A stretch of DNA of 64,000 nucleotides from Scyliorhinus canicula (Eukaryota): positions 35,082,322 to 35,146,321 of the forward strand of contig NC_052154.1 of NCBI RefSeq assembly GCF_902713615.1, written 5' to 3'. The translations under genes and the position numbers were made by a program. Below the pieces are notes generated by a model. That model was given only the letters and a program-made list of their open reading frames with translations. It did not search any database and had not been told where the DNA came from. Below, piece after piece: positions 25,921 to 39,411 of the stretch. Every line of letters begins with the position of its first letter. Within the stretch, counting starts at the first letter, position 1.

Positions 25921-26563
25921 AAATCTATTGTCATGAGAATTCAATGCTGAAGATCCAGTCTTTTCCTTTAATGAGTCTTATTCACCAATTTTCAGGAGAA
26001 CCCACACAGCTTAATCCTTTGCACAGTTGTCAACATTGCAGGCAAAATGGAAACAGACAATGTAGACATGGTTCTGCTTAGACAAAACACCAAATGCAAT
26101 TGACCACTGTCCATGGTGGAACTTCAGCCTAAGTATTGCTGAGTAGGGTTAGTTCAAGGGATAGGTTGCACAAAATAAGATTCTCATGGCTTCCTTTGTG
26201 GTGCTTTGTTTGATATTGCAGTTTTCAAGGTTCATACTGCAGAGAGCAGATCATTGCTGGAGCTTTAATAGGGTGGAAGGATAAGCATGTCAGGTACTCC
26301 AATGGAAATCCCACAGGTTTGGCTTCTCTATCAGTACCAACTGATCAGTGAGGACCTGCACAATAATTACCCAGAAGCTTGAAGTGGTTTAAGTTCTAAC
26401 TTTACCTGGGTATTTCCTTATGTAAGACAGTCAGAACCAAAAGGTTGTGATTTAAACCACAGTTTTAGATGGTTCTCAGTGTAGAGCAATTGCCCGTGGG
26501 AAGTTGTATTTCAAAGCAATTGCCATGAAAACCTTACCTGTGAATGCCTAATAATTATTATTA

Positions 26564-26770
26564 TTTTAAAAAATAAATTTAGAGTACCCAATTCTTTTGT
26601 TTCCAATTAAGGGGCAATTTACCTACCCTGCACATCTTTGGGTTGTGGGGGCGAGACCCACGCAAACACGGGGAGAATGTGCGAACTCCACATGGACAGT
26701 TCCCCAGAACGGGAATCGAACGCGAGCCCTCAGCACAGTGAGGCAGCAGTGCTAACCACTGTGCCACCCC
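26564..26770 (-). mobile_element. Short HE1-related SINE (same subfamily as 6043-6277)
   Basis: Shared tail AAATTTAGAGTACCCAATT...CCAATTAAGGGGCAATTTA. Confidence 0.85.
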
Positions 26771-28019
26771 TACCTGGGAGGGCATAGATGGGCACTTGTA
26801 AATAAATTTGCTGGACTACAGAGATAGTACAGTGGCATAGGACTGAACAGACTGCTCCTTGTGAGCTAGCATAGACTAGATAGGCCAAATGCTCTCATTC
26901 AATTCCATAAATGACTCTGGCTCAGTGTACAAGCAAATACTTTTATTTCAGCTTGAGCAACGCAAACAGGGACAAAAAGACTGACTACTGTGAAACTCAA
27001 ATGGTTAGCAACTAGGAAATATTATTGCAGCGGGGAGGGGGGGGGGGAGGAATTATAGGGTTATCTGGCTCTAAGGGTTTTTCAAAACAAGCAGATAAAT
27101 TAGATGAATAATAATAATCTAATGCTATCCGGCCATTTTGTACGTGATCAATTTTTCATGTCTTTTTTAAAAAATGATACATGAACATGATCAACAACTC
27201 CAGAAGTGGACAGTGGCAACTCTTCAAATTAATGCTGAATTAGGGTCAGTTTTGTGTCACAGGCAAATATATAGTGGGATCGGAATTGAGACTACCCAAA
27301 CTCATGTCATATCACGACCTTTACAACTAGACAGAGGATTTTCATCCCATCAGTCTCAGCTGGATTCACGCTCTTAACATTGTATCATGTCATGGTTAAT
27401 GATAAGGAGCATAGGCAACAAGCTAGGACAGTGCACACTACAGCACAATGAATCTTGAACTTCAGGTCCATTGTAGAGGAGCAAGTGTTTTTAAAACTGG
27501 ATACTACCTGAACTGTAGCGGCGAGGATATGCCAGAACTAGTTAAAAACACCGATTATCCAGAATCACATTTGTAATCAAAAGGGTGAGTCTCACAGACA
27601 CACATTCATTACTGAGAACTAGAAGATGATAACATTTAACAATTTAAAAATCACAAGTTAAACAGACCTTAAAAGTAATTACTTTACAATTATATATTGC
27701 CACCTTACAAAACACACCAAACACAACAAAGCACAGCAAAAATGAATCTGACTGAAGCTCTCAAAAAAATAATGGACATATTTTAGATTTACCTAGCATT
27801 TGAACAATATGCCTCCAGCATTAAGGTGGGAGAAAATAGTCTGAATATATTATGAAAAAATAACCTATGAACAACTGAGGTGTTAATTAGAAATCCAGAC
27901 ATTGACAAAAGTACTATTTCTATTTTCCCTCTGTAGCTTATATCTATGTTCCAGGAATGGGGTATTTGATGATGTTAATTTGAGCCTTCGAATCTGCATA
28001 AATTTTGAAAGTAAATGAC

Positions 28020-28210
28020 CAAGGAAGACTTGTATTTGTATAGCACCTTTCTTGGCCTTGGTACAAGAAAAATGCTTTAGAGCCAGTATTTTTGAAGCAT
28101 AGTCGGCGTTTTAATGAGGAAAACAGGATAGCCAATTTGCATAGGCAGCAAGGTGAAAAAGACTAAATAATCTGTTTCAATGATGGCGGTTAAGGGGTAA
28201 ATATTGAACA
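28020..28210 (-). mobile_element. Degenerate DeuSINE (SacSINE1-like) 3' part
   Basis: Reverse-complement similarity to the 3' half of 28832-29280. Confidence 0.5.
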
Positions 28211-28831
28211 CAAACACAATGATAGCTCAAGACAGGGCACTAATTGAATTTCCTCCAAGATTCAGGGAAACAACATTTTGCATTTAAATTGAAGGAAAAA
28301 TCTAGTTAACTAAATTTGTAACAGCTCACTAAGTAGGGTGTCAGCAGTTTGTTTTTAAAATCAGTCTTCTAATTTTACTAAATACAGGCAAGATGGGCAA
28401 ACATAAGTACATCCTACATTTCAAAATGCAACATTAGAATGAAAAAACGCATCATTCATTTTGAAATTGTACTTATACCACCAGTTATATTATACAGTTT
28501 GAATGTTGACATGATGAATTTCAGCTTTCATTAACACAAAACTATTTAATTTAGTTGGTGTCATCCAAATTACATTTGGGCATGTAGTATGACACCAGCT
28601 CCAGGCAGTAGTCTATCACAAGTCATGTACCTGCAAACTTGAGTAGAAAGAACTCCGCTTGGTTCACTGAACACCCGGGACCTTTTCCAAGTTCATTTTT
28701 ATTAATTGTTTTTCCATTGCTGGCAAAGAGCAGATTGTGTCATTGTACAGAGTTCTTTTTCCCTCGACCCAAAATCAATGCAGAGCCAGTTTTGCAACTC
28801 GGGTCTTCCAACCCTTAAACTCAAAAAGGTG

Positions 28832-29280
28832 TCAGTCAGCCTTGGCTCAGTTGCACTCTTACCTGAGTCACAAAGTTCCAGAGTCAAGTCCCATTCCAGG
28901 ATTTGAGCACAAAAATCAAGGCCAACACTCTAGTGCGGTGGTACTAAGGGAGATGCTACAGTGTTGGAGGTGCCATCTTTCAGGTCAAATATTAACCCAA
29001 AGCTCCCTCTGACCTCTTGAGTGGACAAAAAAGATTCCATGAAATTATTCTAAAAGAGCAGGGGAGGTATCACTGGTAGTTGTCCAAAAATTCCCCAATC
29101 AATATTTCAAGAACAGATTATCTGTCATCATCACATTGCTATTTGTGGGTACTTGCTGTGCACAAATTGGCTGATGCATTTCCTACATTACAACAGTGAC
29201 TACACTTCAAAAGTACTTCACTGGCTATAAAGCACTTTGAGATATCTGGTGGTTGTGAAAAGTGCCAAGTCTTTCTTCAT
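28832..29280 (+). mobile_element. DeuSINE-superfamily SINE (SacSINE1/AmnSINE1-related)
   Basis: tRNA-like head GTCAGCCTTGGCTCAGTTG, Deu-like core TGGAGGTGCCATCTTTCAG...AAAGATTCCATG...AAGAGCAGGGGAG, and tail CACATTGCTATTTGTGGG...AAAGCACTTTG. Confidence 0.75.
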
Positions 29281-29600
29281 TGTTGAGGCAATCCTCAGTA
29301 GATGACCAGCAGTATTTAGTAGATGCAGAAATAGTTGCACATAAACAGAAGTCAAGTTTTTAAACATGAAATCTATGTACAAGAATATAAAAACTGTAAC
29401 TTATTAACTCTCAGTTCAAAGTACAAATGAGTAAAATGGGAATTTCTGCCCTGAAATGGAAAGGCTTCCAGTGCAGAACATGGATTACTGGCTGCTCTAT
29501 GCACCATGCACATTGCTCCTGACTATTCATAGACCAGTCTCTCCAGCAGTTACAAAGCAACCTGATCTCTTTCACCCCCGCCCTTCTACATGCTTTCTTT

Positions 29601-29766
29601 ATGAAATGAAATGAAAATCGCTTATTGTCACGAGTAGGCTTCAATGAAGTTACTGTGAAAAGCCCCTAGTCGCCACATTCCGGCGCCTGTCCGGGGGGGC
29701 TGGTACGGGAATCGAACCGTGCTGCTGGCCTGCTTTAAAAGCCAGTGATTTAGCTGAGTGAGCTAA
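29601..29766 (-). mobile_element. SINE family B
   Basis: Reverse complement of the element at 50784-50974. Confidence 0.88.
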
Positions 29767-30328
29767 TCTCTATTATCTACCATTCTTTGGGATGATAAAT
29801 TTAAGGTCAATGTTCCTTCATGGCTCCTGTCAATCCTCAATCAACAAGTTAGTTCACACAGAGATGGGGCTAGATGGGCTAGGTTTTGCTTCAGAGCAAA
29901 TGTTCTTGTTTTTACAAAGGTCTGCGACCAACATGGGAACCAAACCAAGAATTGTTGATGAGTTATAGGTAGGTGACATTGAAAACTTCTGGAGGCTAGG
30001 ATTTGTAACCACATGACCTCTGAAGCCAAATGGTCTTGGTGCAATCTCAGTTGATGTTATAACTGGAGGGGAAGATTCCAGAATGGAACCCTGGCTCAAA
30101 AGCAGTAACTTTTACTTTAAAAAAAATATAAAGTGGAGGAAGAGAGTCACAGGACCGCTAATTAGTGTTATCAAGAAAAGAACATTTATTAAACATGAAA
30201 AAATTGGATTATGATACAATAAGCCTTGACTCCCCCCTTATCTTAACTATTACGCACAGATCCACAGATTAGCACGGGTTACAAAGTACATCTTAAGCTA
30301 CAATGATCTTATTGACACAAAAAGTTCC

Positions 30329-31466
30329 TGTTACAAACTGCGCTGATGTTAAATGCGAGGGTACCCAAAACCCAGAAGTGTAACTTGGAACACTGGTTCG
30401 TAGTGGTGTATGCATTTTTTTGGGGGTATAATAGGAGGAATGGCATACAACCCAGTGAGGAACAGTCCAGTCATTGTGTGAACAGCTAATAAAGAATATT
30501 TATTAACTTAAAAGAAAGACAAAATAGACATGACAAAAAGGACTACAATATGCCATGACACTTAATCATACCAATGACTATATTCACAGAATTTCACATG
30601 AAACTATCCCTTGCCCCCCAACTACCTATGTTTCTGAATTCTTGAGACACACCTTTTATCCAAACAATATACAATTTTAAGTAACTTTATGAGCTAACTC
30701 CAGAAAATTACCACAGATTAAGGTGGCCACATCTGGGAAATAGTCTTAAGGTTCAGCAAAGGTGGAAAATGGCTGCTTCTTTCGGGAGACTATATCTACA
30801 ACTTGATGCAGCTCTGATGTTAGCTTTCTCTCTCTCTCTCTCTCAAATTAGGGTTCTACAGTCATACTGTTTCTGTCCCTTTGTTTACCCTGTGCAGCTG
30901 GCTTTTGGTAGGTACATGTCGATTTCCTTACCTCTCCACTTTGAAGTTACCACCTCTATAGACTCATTGTTTTCTCGAATCACAGAAGTAAAATATTTGT
31001 TTTCAACTGAACAGTGAATTTGCATCTCACCACTTCTCCAGACATCTGCCTCTAATCAACTCCCTATTTTAATGTTTTTTAATCTCAATTTCTCCCAATT
31101 CTTAACATACCGTTTAAGTACGCAGGATGATTGTTGCCAAATTAATGCACTCCTTTCTGAACCCAACTAGGTGTCCATGGATTTCTCCTCAGAATCCTCC
31201 CCAGATGAAGATCATGGCGCAAGTTTCCAAACTTCAATCCCAAAAACATACTTTAAAATCTTCTCTATAATAATGCTTTGCCTTAGCAGTTTGCATTCCG
31301 AAATCCAGTCCAGGTTTTACAAATGTCTTTTTTAAACAGAGCTTCCTTTCCACAGTGAATCCAGCCCAGGATTTTACAACTCTTCTTTCAGGTTTCCTTT
31401 CTTTTAACTGCTTTAACACAAACACAGAGATCTAACCATCAATTTCCATAGTTATTGCAACTCACA
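30329..31466 (-). mobile_element. Probable solo LTR nested in further LTR-like sequence (about 30000-32130)
   Basis: TGTTACA...CTCACA termini, 4-bp TSD TTCC on both sides, and a minus-strand AATAAA near 30500. Confidence 0.5.
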
Positions 31467-31593
31467 TTCCACAGTTTGTCGTAAAATCTCACAAACCCGA
31501 CTATCACTTCCGATATCTTTCTAGCGTCTCAGCCTTCTTCTAACTCTGTCTGTCTTTACAGAACAGTTCTCTGTTCTAGTATCTTTCACCTCA

Positions 31594-31720
31594 GGTCACT
31601 GTCCATGTGGGGTTTGCACATTCTCCCGTGTCTGTGTGGGTCTAAGCTCCACAACCCAAAGATGTGCAGGGTTAGTGGATTGGCCATGCTAAATTGTCCC
31701 TTAATTGGATTTTTTTTTTT
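31594..31720 (+). mobile_element. 5'-truncated short HE1-related SINE
   Basis: GGTCACTGTCCATGTGGGGTTTGCACATTCTCCC...GGATTGGCCATGCTAAATTGTCCCTTAATTGG. Confidence 0.8.
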
Positions 31721-32764
31721 TAAAAAGCCATTACTCCATGGTATGGCTTCTCTTCTAGCAAAGCTTCTCTAGACTTCTAAACTTCTAGCAAAACTGCCCA
31801 TCTTCAACTGCAATCAAATTAGCTAAATTAAAACTTAAAAGATTCTCTACCTTACAAGGTCCTAGTTGCTAAGCAACCACTGGTTGTTTATTTATTCTTC
31901 ACGCCGTAGGCCTCTCTAAGGAAAACAGAAAGCCAGTTGGAAGTGAATTGAAGCCCACACATACAAACACCTTTGTCCAGCATGAATCTCACTCAAGGTT
32001 TTACCCTTTCAAGCACGGAAACATTAAATTAATCCCACTTATAACTATACCTTATTTCTTATTTCTCATGTTTATAAATACAAATATAAAAATCCTTTAA
32101 AACTACCTTTATTTCCCTTTTAATCTACAATACCAGCTATGCATGTACCATATTTCTTTGATTTTAAAGTGTTCAAAAAGTAACTTTACCAAATTCTGGC
32201 ATACAAAATTTACCGACAATATAAAATCTTTTCTACATCACTGTGCAGTCACTGAACTGTCCAGGGCCATCTATGATTGCCCCTTTTCATTTTTAATTGA
32301 TTCATTTTTGCCATTAGTTATTTTGCCTTCTCTCTGTTTACTCAATAATAAAGTATAGCAGGTAAACTTATGCAGTCTTAAACTTCAAACAAATTTACAT
32401 CCATTTTATTTAAGTGAAAACCTGTACGTAGCTATTCTATCCAATAGTCAATCATCTCATGATCACGTACACCACAGAAGCAGCCCAGCTTCCTCCAACA
32501 GCAGCAGCAGTCCAGGCCCCATGGCCGGAGGAGCCAGGAAACCCCCGGGGATGTCCAACAGCAGCGGCTGGAGCAACAGGGGAGTAGAAACAAGAGAAAG
32601 GAGAAGCCAAAGATGGTGGTGGAGGACTAGGATCAAAAAAGGAAAAAAAACAATAGGCGACAGCTGGATTTTAAATTTAAAAAAAATATTAGATAGCGCC
32701 GGAGCGTCATGACTCTTTGTGAGCTCTCCCCTTACAGATCCTCTTCCTACATCTTTTACAACGA

Positions 32765-32875
32765 TTCTCTATATAGTATGTTCTATGTTTTCAGGTATGG
32801 GGCGATTTGCCTGGACTGTAAGCAGAACAATACTTTTCACTGTACCTCAGTACACGTGAAAAATAAATAAATATA
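32765..32875 (+). mobile_element. LINE 3' tail (Rex1/Babar-like)
   Basis: AATACTTTTCACTGTACCTCAGTACACGTGA followed by (AAAT)n. Confidence 0.55.
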
Positions 32876-33784
32876 TGCTGGAGGGAATTACAAAGTATTG
32901 GTTCCAATCCAGTAATGAACTGCTGGGGTTTGTTCCTATTGTTTGTGGATATATCTCAAACAATAGTGCTGACTTTCAATTGTATTTTGGTCTGTATGTA
33001 AGTAATTTAGCACACAAAGAAAGCTTTATTACACAGAAAATATACAAATTAAGAAAACTTTAAAGATCAAGAAAAGCACCAAAATAATTAAGTTCTCCAG
33101 GGTCATGCAAAAATGCAGTGAAAGGAAAATTAGCTGTTCACATCCAAAACGTCTACCCCCCCATTTAATTTTTATCATTTTGTTTAGAAACGCAATGACA
33201 GATGAGGAAAAACGTCCAGGATATTTAGTCACTGACGTGGCCAACCTATATCCTTCCCATCGCTACGGTTATCCAGTTGACAGCAGCAGGCACTGAGACA
33301 GCTACCTCAAAAAGCGCCAACCCTTCCTTCCCCGAATCTCTTTAGCTGATAAGTAAAATGGCTGGAATGTGGCTGATAGCCTGTCTATCGCAGAGGGGAG
33401 TTTTGAAAAACCCACAATCATCCCACATATCGTCATCCTGCCATCAGCTCCAGACCACAGAACAATTAATATTCACAATAGCTGCTCTAATGGCAGGCTG
33501 TGACATCGTGATAGGATTCTGCAATATAATATCTTACTAATAAACATTACCCATTTTACAAACACATTTCTTTATGGTAGTATTGGAATTCCACGCTGAT
33601 TGTTGAGAAACACTTTGAACTTGCTCAGTTATTTAAATTTACAAAACAGTTCAGTGAGATCAATGTAGAATGCAACAAAACCAGAAAATAAAATGAAATG
33701 CAAGTTTCAAATTAAGAACCAAAAGTGCTAATTCTTTAACTTTCAAAATAATATTAGATTGCTACAACTATGCTGATTATCATT

Positions 33785-34096
33785 GAATCATAGAATTAAC
33801 AGTGCAGGAGGCAGCCATTCAGCCCATCGAGTCTGCACCGGCCGTTGGAAAGAGCTCTCGACCCACGCCCACATCACCACCCAATTCCCGTAACCCAGTA
33901 AACCCACCTGACCCACTAAGGGACGATTTATCATGCCCAATTCACCTACCCTGCACATCTTTGGACTGTGGGAGGAAACACGAGTAGACATGGGGAGAAA
34001 GTGCAAACTCCATACAGTCACCCGAGGCCGGAATTGGACCCGTGACCCTGGAGCTGTGAGGCAGCAGTGCTAACCACTGTGCCACCATGCCGCCCC
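33785..34096 (-). mobile_element. HE1-type V-SINE (older subfamily)
   Basis: GGGGCGGCATGGTGGCACAGTGG head, V-domain and ATTCTATGATTC tail. Confidence 0.88.
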
Positions 34097-35234
34097 TTAA
34101 AAGGTCAAATTTGAGACTATGCAAGTTAAAAATTCTTCAAGCACAATGAAGATGTCGGAGTGGTTGAGAAATTTATAATCCATTTTCATGCAAGATTCAG
34201 GTTACCAAAGCATCATGAAACACAATTTCAACCTGAACATTGCTGAAAAGAAATATATTGTCAAAGTATTTCATTTTTCACTCATCAGGCTAAATGAGAG
34301 AATGCCAAATTTCAAATGATCACAATTTATACGATAAGAGAAGAGGGCATGGATTGGTTGCACCTTGACTCTGATTGGCTGAGACATCGTCATGAAGAAA
34401 AAAAACAGGGAATTGTAGGCTCCCCAAGATCCTGGATAAGTAATCCTAAAATGCAAAGCTTGCGCATATTTATTTTATCTGCACAGGATGGGACCCTGCG
34501 ATTAAATGTACATCACTTCTAGCAAGCGTAAATGAACCACGTTACTAGTTTCAATTACTAGTTTCAATTCAATATCACACTATACTTTCTACAAATGTTT
34601 ACAATTATTCATTTGTGCCACCACAGTTATGTATCCAATGAAAATGCTAAATAGATCAATGTTGCCTCAGTGAAAGGTGGAGTAAGCCATTTAGCCACTT
34701 GCGCCTGCTCTGCTAATCTGGCATTGCCTATCAAATGGAGCCTCTGGCACTGCCAGAAGATACTTGACTAGAACTGAGTGAAACTTTTTTTGCGACAACC
34801 TCCTCCCCCATTTCCCCATTGGAAACTACCCCAATACAGGTCACTGCCTCCTCAATGGAAGTGAAGAACACACTCTGATGCAATTTAATTAAGTGCCAAT
34901 GGTACATCAAATGGGAATCTCCTTTAGGACCTAGCGGGGAGCTTCAATTCCCATACACACCCTCAAACTACTTGTTTTCATCTTTAACATCATTCTATTC
35001 TTTGTATTCATTCTATTCTACTTCAGTGTGTCAAAATCTTGTTCCACATTTCCAGACTTCGCTGTATCATTCCAGCTCATCCAAACACCCATCCTGTCTT
35101 ACAATAGATTATAGACACCCATATCCACTTAAAACGCTCGACACATTCACTTAAAAATCCTATTTGTTTGTTTTCTAAGCCCCTCCCCCGCCCCTTTCAT
35201 TTCAGCTCTCCAACATCCTCCAGTCCTAATCCCA

Positions 35235-35680
35235 TAGGAAAGGTTGGACAGGCTGAGCCAGTTTCCACTGGATGTTTGAAGAATGAGAGGTGATCTTATT
35301 GACACATGCAAGGTCCTGAGGGGACTTGACAAAGTGGATGCGGAAAGTACTTTCCTCCTTATGGCAGAAACCAGAACTAAGCAACACAATTTAAAAATAA
35401 TCTCCCATTTAAAGTGGTGAGCAGGAGAATTTGTTTCCCCTGAGAGGGCCGTGAATCTGTGGAACACTTTTCCACAGAGAGCAGTAGAGGCGGCAGCAGA
35501 GGCAGGGTTATTGAATATTTTTAAGGCAGATATCGAAAGATTTGTGATTAACAAGGGAGTCAGGAGGTATCGGGGTCGGCAGGAAAGTGACGCCGAGTCC
35601 ACAATTAGATCAGCCATGACCTTATTGAATGGCAAGGCAGGCTTAAAGGGCCTGCTCCTGCTCCTAAATCGTATGTTGTG
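35235..35680 (+). mobile_element. CR1 LINE 3' fragment (RT C-terminus plus 3' UTR)
   Basis: RMRGDLI and NLWNTFPQRAVEA...LNIFKADIERF motifs, then the CR1 tail. Confidence 0.8.
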
Positions 35681-35725
35681 TATATGCTTGTATCCGCTGT
35701 CGCAATTTTGCTCTGAGAAGTACTC

Positions 35726-36060
35726 AACATAGAACATAGAACAGTACAGCACAGAACAGGCCCTTCGGCCCTCGATGTTGTGCCGAACAATGATCACCCT
35801 ACTTAAACCCACGTAACCCGTATACCCATAACCCAACAATCCCCCCATTAACCTTACACTACGGGCAATTTAGCATGGCCAATCCACCTAACCCGCACAT
35901 CTTTGGACTGTGGGAGGAAACCGGAGCACCCGGAGGAAACCCACGCACACACGGGGAGGACGTGCAGACTCCACACAGACAGTGACCCAGCCGAGAATCG
36001 AACCTGGGACCCTGGAGCTGTGAAGCATTGATGCTAACCACCATGCTACCGTGAGGCCCC
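35726..36060 (-). mobile_element. HE1-type V-SINE (young)
   Basis: Full length and nearly identical to 49464-49789. Confidence 0.93.
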
Positions 36061-37593
36061 TACATGCTAGAATTCTTCCCCGAAATCACTCTATTCTATA
36101 TCTTGCCCTACCATCTTGTTAAAACCACATTATCACAGCTTTTTAGTCACTTCCCCAATTCCTATGAAACTATTCGAGATGATCTGCAATGCTAAAAGCT
36201 CTATTCAAAACAAATTGTGTAGTATTGTGCAAAAAATTACACTTGCTTTTAACTTTTGGAGGGCTTGTGGAGAATGGGAATAACGCAAGGTGAAGGCATT
36301 AAAGTTATTTCGATACAATGTTCGATAATGCATGACAGTATCCCTCAGGCTGCAATAACTTATCACAAAAACAGCTGTAGCTTACTAAAAAGGTCAAGGC
36401 ATTCAAAAAGTGCAACCCCCTCGCCTCTACTTAAAAAGTGTTGAGCATCTTAGAAAGCTGTGAGATCGTCAACCTCTCTAAGCAATCGGCCACTAATTTG
36501 GCCAGGAAACACAAACAGAATTTCTGTAAAACAGCTGCACAAATAAAAAAAAGTTTGATTCGGTGAACCAGAAGTGGCTTAGATGATGACTATGGTGCCT
36601 GCCAAATTTAGACTGCAAAGAGGTCACAAGATTGTAAAATGTGATCATCACCACTCAGAAATATCTGATAAAATAAGTGCTTCAGTAATAGAAATATTGA
36701 AGTGGACATGATAGAATTCCAAATCTTTGCCGGGGGGGAGAGGTTGATGGATATAGCACAAGGTTTTTAAATTCTGAAGATTTCAATATTCTAAATTTGG
36801 AAGATTGTTTTCAGTGGTTGGCAAATTATTTAAACCCTTCATCACATACACACAACGCAGTGTTTGACAGTTTGGATATAAATGCAATTCATTGGCCCTT
36901 AAATTAGTCATGCAACATAATCACAAGTTATCAAAGTCTTCAATTTCTTTTTTGTTCAACTCAAGGTCTCAACTCATGAACAGCCGGCAAGTTACTGATC
37001 ATCCAGAGAAAATGCCTGCTCATTGAGAAGGATACAATATTGATTTTTATTACAGCTAAATGGTCTTGCTCCAAAAATGAAAATGTAACTTTCTGTTAAG
37101 CTTGAAGGGTACTGATGTTGGAAGTGTTGGAACACTCTGTCAGCCAACCCTTCAGGTGAAAATGAACATACCATATACATGAAAGAACACTTGGAAATTA
37201 AATATCTAAATGAGAAGAGCAAACATGATAAAATGACACCCAACCTAGAAAATAACTCACAGAAAATACTGTAATCCATTAAAAAACTCTCCTTCTGGCC
37301 AATTTCAGCATGTGTTATTTCCCAGGCTGCATTAGTATGATTGAATGAAATGCTTATCAACATTATAATCTCCAAAAGCAACAGTAGATAAATGTAAAAC
37401 TGGGAATCATTGTAAATAAGCACCTGTTGTCTTCCCCACCTCCCTCCACCAGCAGCACCCCCCACCCCACCCTACCTAGTTGTGTAACTAATCAGGTTAT
37501 TAGAAAACCTGATAGCTCTGCAATGAACATTACTCAAAATAAACTGCAGCTTTGAAAGATAGATTGGCAAGATTGGCAACATTTACATGAGAA

Positions 37594-37798
37594 AGTAAGA
37601 AGTCTTAAAACACCAGGTTAAAGTCCAACATGTTTGTTTCAAACACTAGCTTTCGGAGCACTGCTCCTTCCATTCACCCGAGGAAGGAGCAGTGCTCTGA
37701 AAGCTAGTGTTTGAAACAAACATGTTGGACTTTAACCTGGTGTTGTAAGACTTCTTACTGTGCTCACCCCAGTCCAACGCCGGCATCTCCACATCATG
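37594..37798 (+). mobile_element. Penelope-like element terminal (pseudo-LTR) remnant in inverted configuration, with TSD
   Basis: 78-bp inverted arms at 37594-37671 and 37682-37759; homologous to the Penelope 3' end at 51470-51596; flanked by TTTACAT(G/T)AGAAAGT at 37582-37596 and 37799-37813. Confidence 0.85.
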
Positions 37799-38192
37799 TT
37801 TACATTAGAAAGTCACTCCTGGAAAGATTCAATGTTTACATTTGAAATGGAAAATAAATACCTGCCCAGTAGCTCCAACGGTACAGTTAAGCAACGTTGT
37901 CATTGTAACAGAAGCATCAACCTTTCTGATAGCAAAACAAATTCAGTGAGTGCACAAGAGAGATCGGGGGGGGGGGGGTTTCTTTGCTGAAATGGGCTTG
38001 TCGTGAATTGGCAGCTCGTTTTGCGTCATGCCAAATTTCCTTTTCTCAATGGAACAGAGCTGCAGGACAAGCAACTAGTACAGCCGTGAGCCCATTACAC
38101 ATTAATGCCAAAACCCCAACATCAAAACTAGCCCTAAGTCTTCGTAAATATATTACCCAAAATATCCTGAAATGCAATAATTATTCAAGTGT

Positions 38193-39411
38193 ATATATTT
38201 CCTTTCAGACTATAACAAGAACTTTTAACTTCACAAAACCACTGCGTTTACCTGGCATCTGCCACAGTTCTGAATCCTTCCTCTTCCCCGTTGACCACAT
38301 CACTTCCTGTTCTTCAGGAGTTTTTGGTACATCTTGCAATCCTTGGTCTGAATTTAAAAAGGCACTTGTTACCAAGAGCTTAAATGAATCAAAACACTTT
38401 TAGTGTCATAAGTAGGGAATAAATAATAAAGATTTGTATTAATAATTTTACAATTAGAACTATGCTTTTCACACACAAATTAAGTATTTTAACAACTCTT
38501 TTGGAACTTGGCAGAGTTTTGCGCACTTCCCAAAGGCACTGTTGTAAATTTTTACTGATTCAGGTATTGAAATAACAACGCAGATAGCCGTATGACAAAC
38601 AGTTTACTGGACTGTCCATTGCAGAGTGGGAAAATCAATGTTTTTGAGGGATGTCACAACAGGAAGAACTGTGAATCTGAGGGAAATAACCAGCAGTTTC
38701 AATTGGCTGCAGCCCTGGCAACACAACTGTTTCTTTGAAAATGCAATGATGTGATGGGCCTTTAATGCAGGGTAGAATTATTTAAATCAAGATCAGAGAG
38801 CATTTTCAGTCATGTTGGACTCTTCAAATGTTGTTTTAAAAAATAATTACTTCTATATATATTACCCATGTATTAATTGCACAGAAGGCAATTCATATCC
38901 TTTACCATACCTAGGGCAAGTAAACAGTGCCCATACATCACCGGCCCAATTGATTGGTATTTAAAGTCCGCCTTTAGTTGATATCTTTTTGATTTCACGT
39001 ATTTCTATAGCAAAACCAGCTCTACCTTAAAACCACAGGGCATTTAAATTCTATATACATTGGAGAGGTTACCCCCATCAACAAGTACAACTGCTCTATC
39101 AACAAGAAACTCAATTCAATGTATTGCCGAGATACAGACAGGAATTAGCTCTGGAGTTTAAGTGGAACTAAATACATGTTGTCCCTTGAATATATACCCA
39201 CTCGCTGTGCTGCGTGCATGTTATTAGTGGTGCTGCAAACTTCCAACATCTGGAAGGCAATGGTAGCAGGTGCATGGGAACACCATAATTTTCAAGTCTG
39301 TAGTCATTAGCATATTTCCAGGTTTATTCAATATATGCTCAAGTCTCACAATAATCCTGATTTGGGCATATATCACTTTTCCTTCATCTTCACTGGGACA
39401 AAATCCTGGAA
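38193..39411 (+). repeat. Local duplication, copy 1 (continues at 42441-42511 after the CR1 insertion)
   Basis: Co-linear near-identity with 46681-47950. Confidence 0.95.

Noticed and set aside
37172-37205. 34-nt candidate exon (IFNFQVFFHVY) with good splice sites
   Set aside because: Phase is incompatible with the nearby 96-nt candidate and the product is unrecognisable; evidence insufficient.
37594-37759. miRNA precursor or DNA-transposon MITE
   Set aside because: The arms are homologous to the Penelope terminus at 51470-51596.
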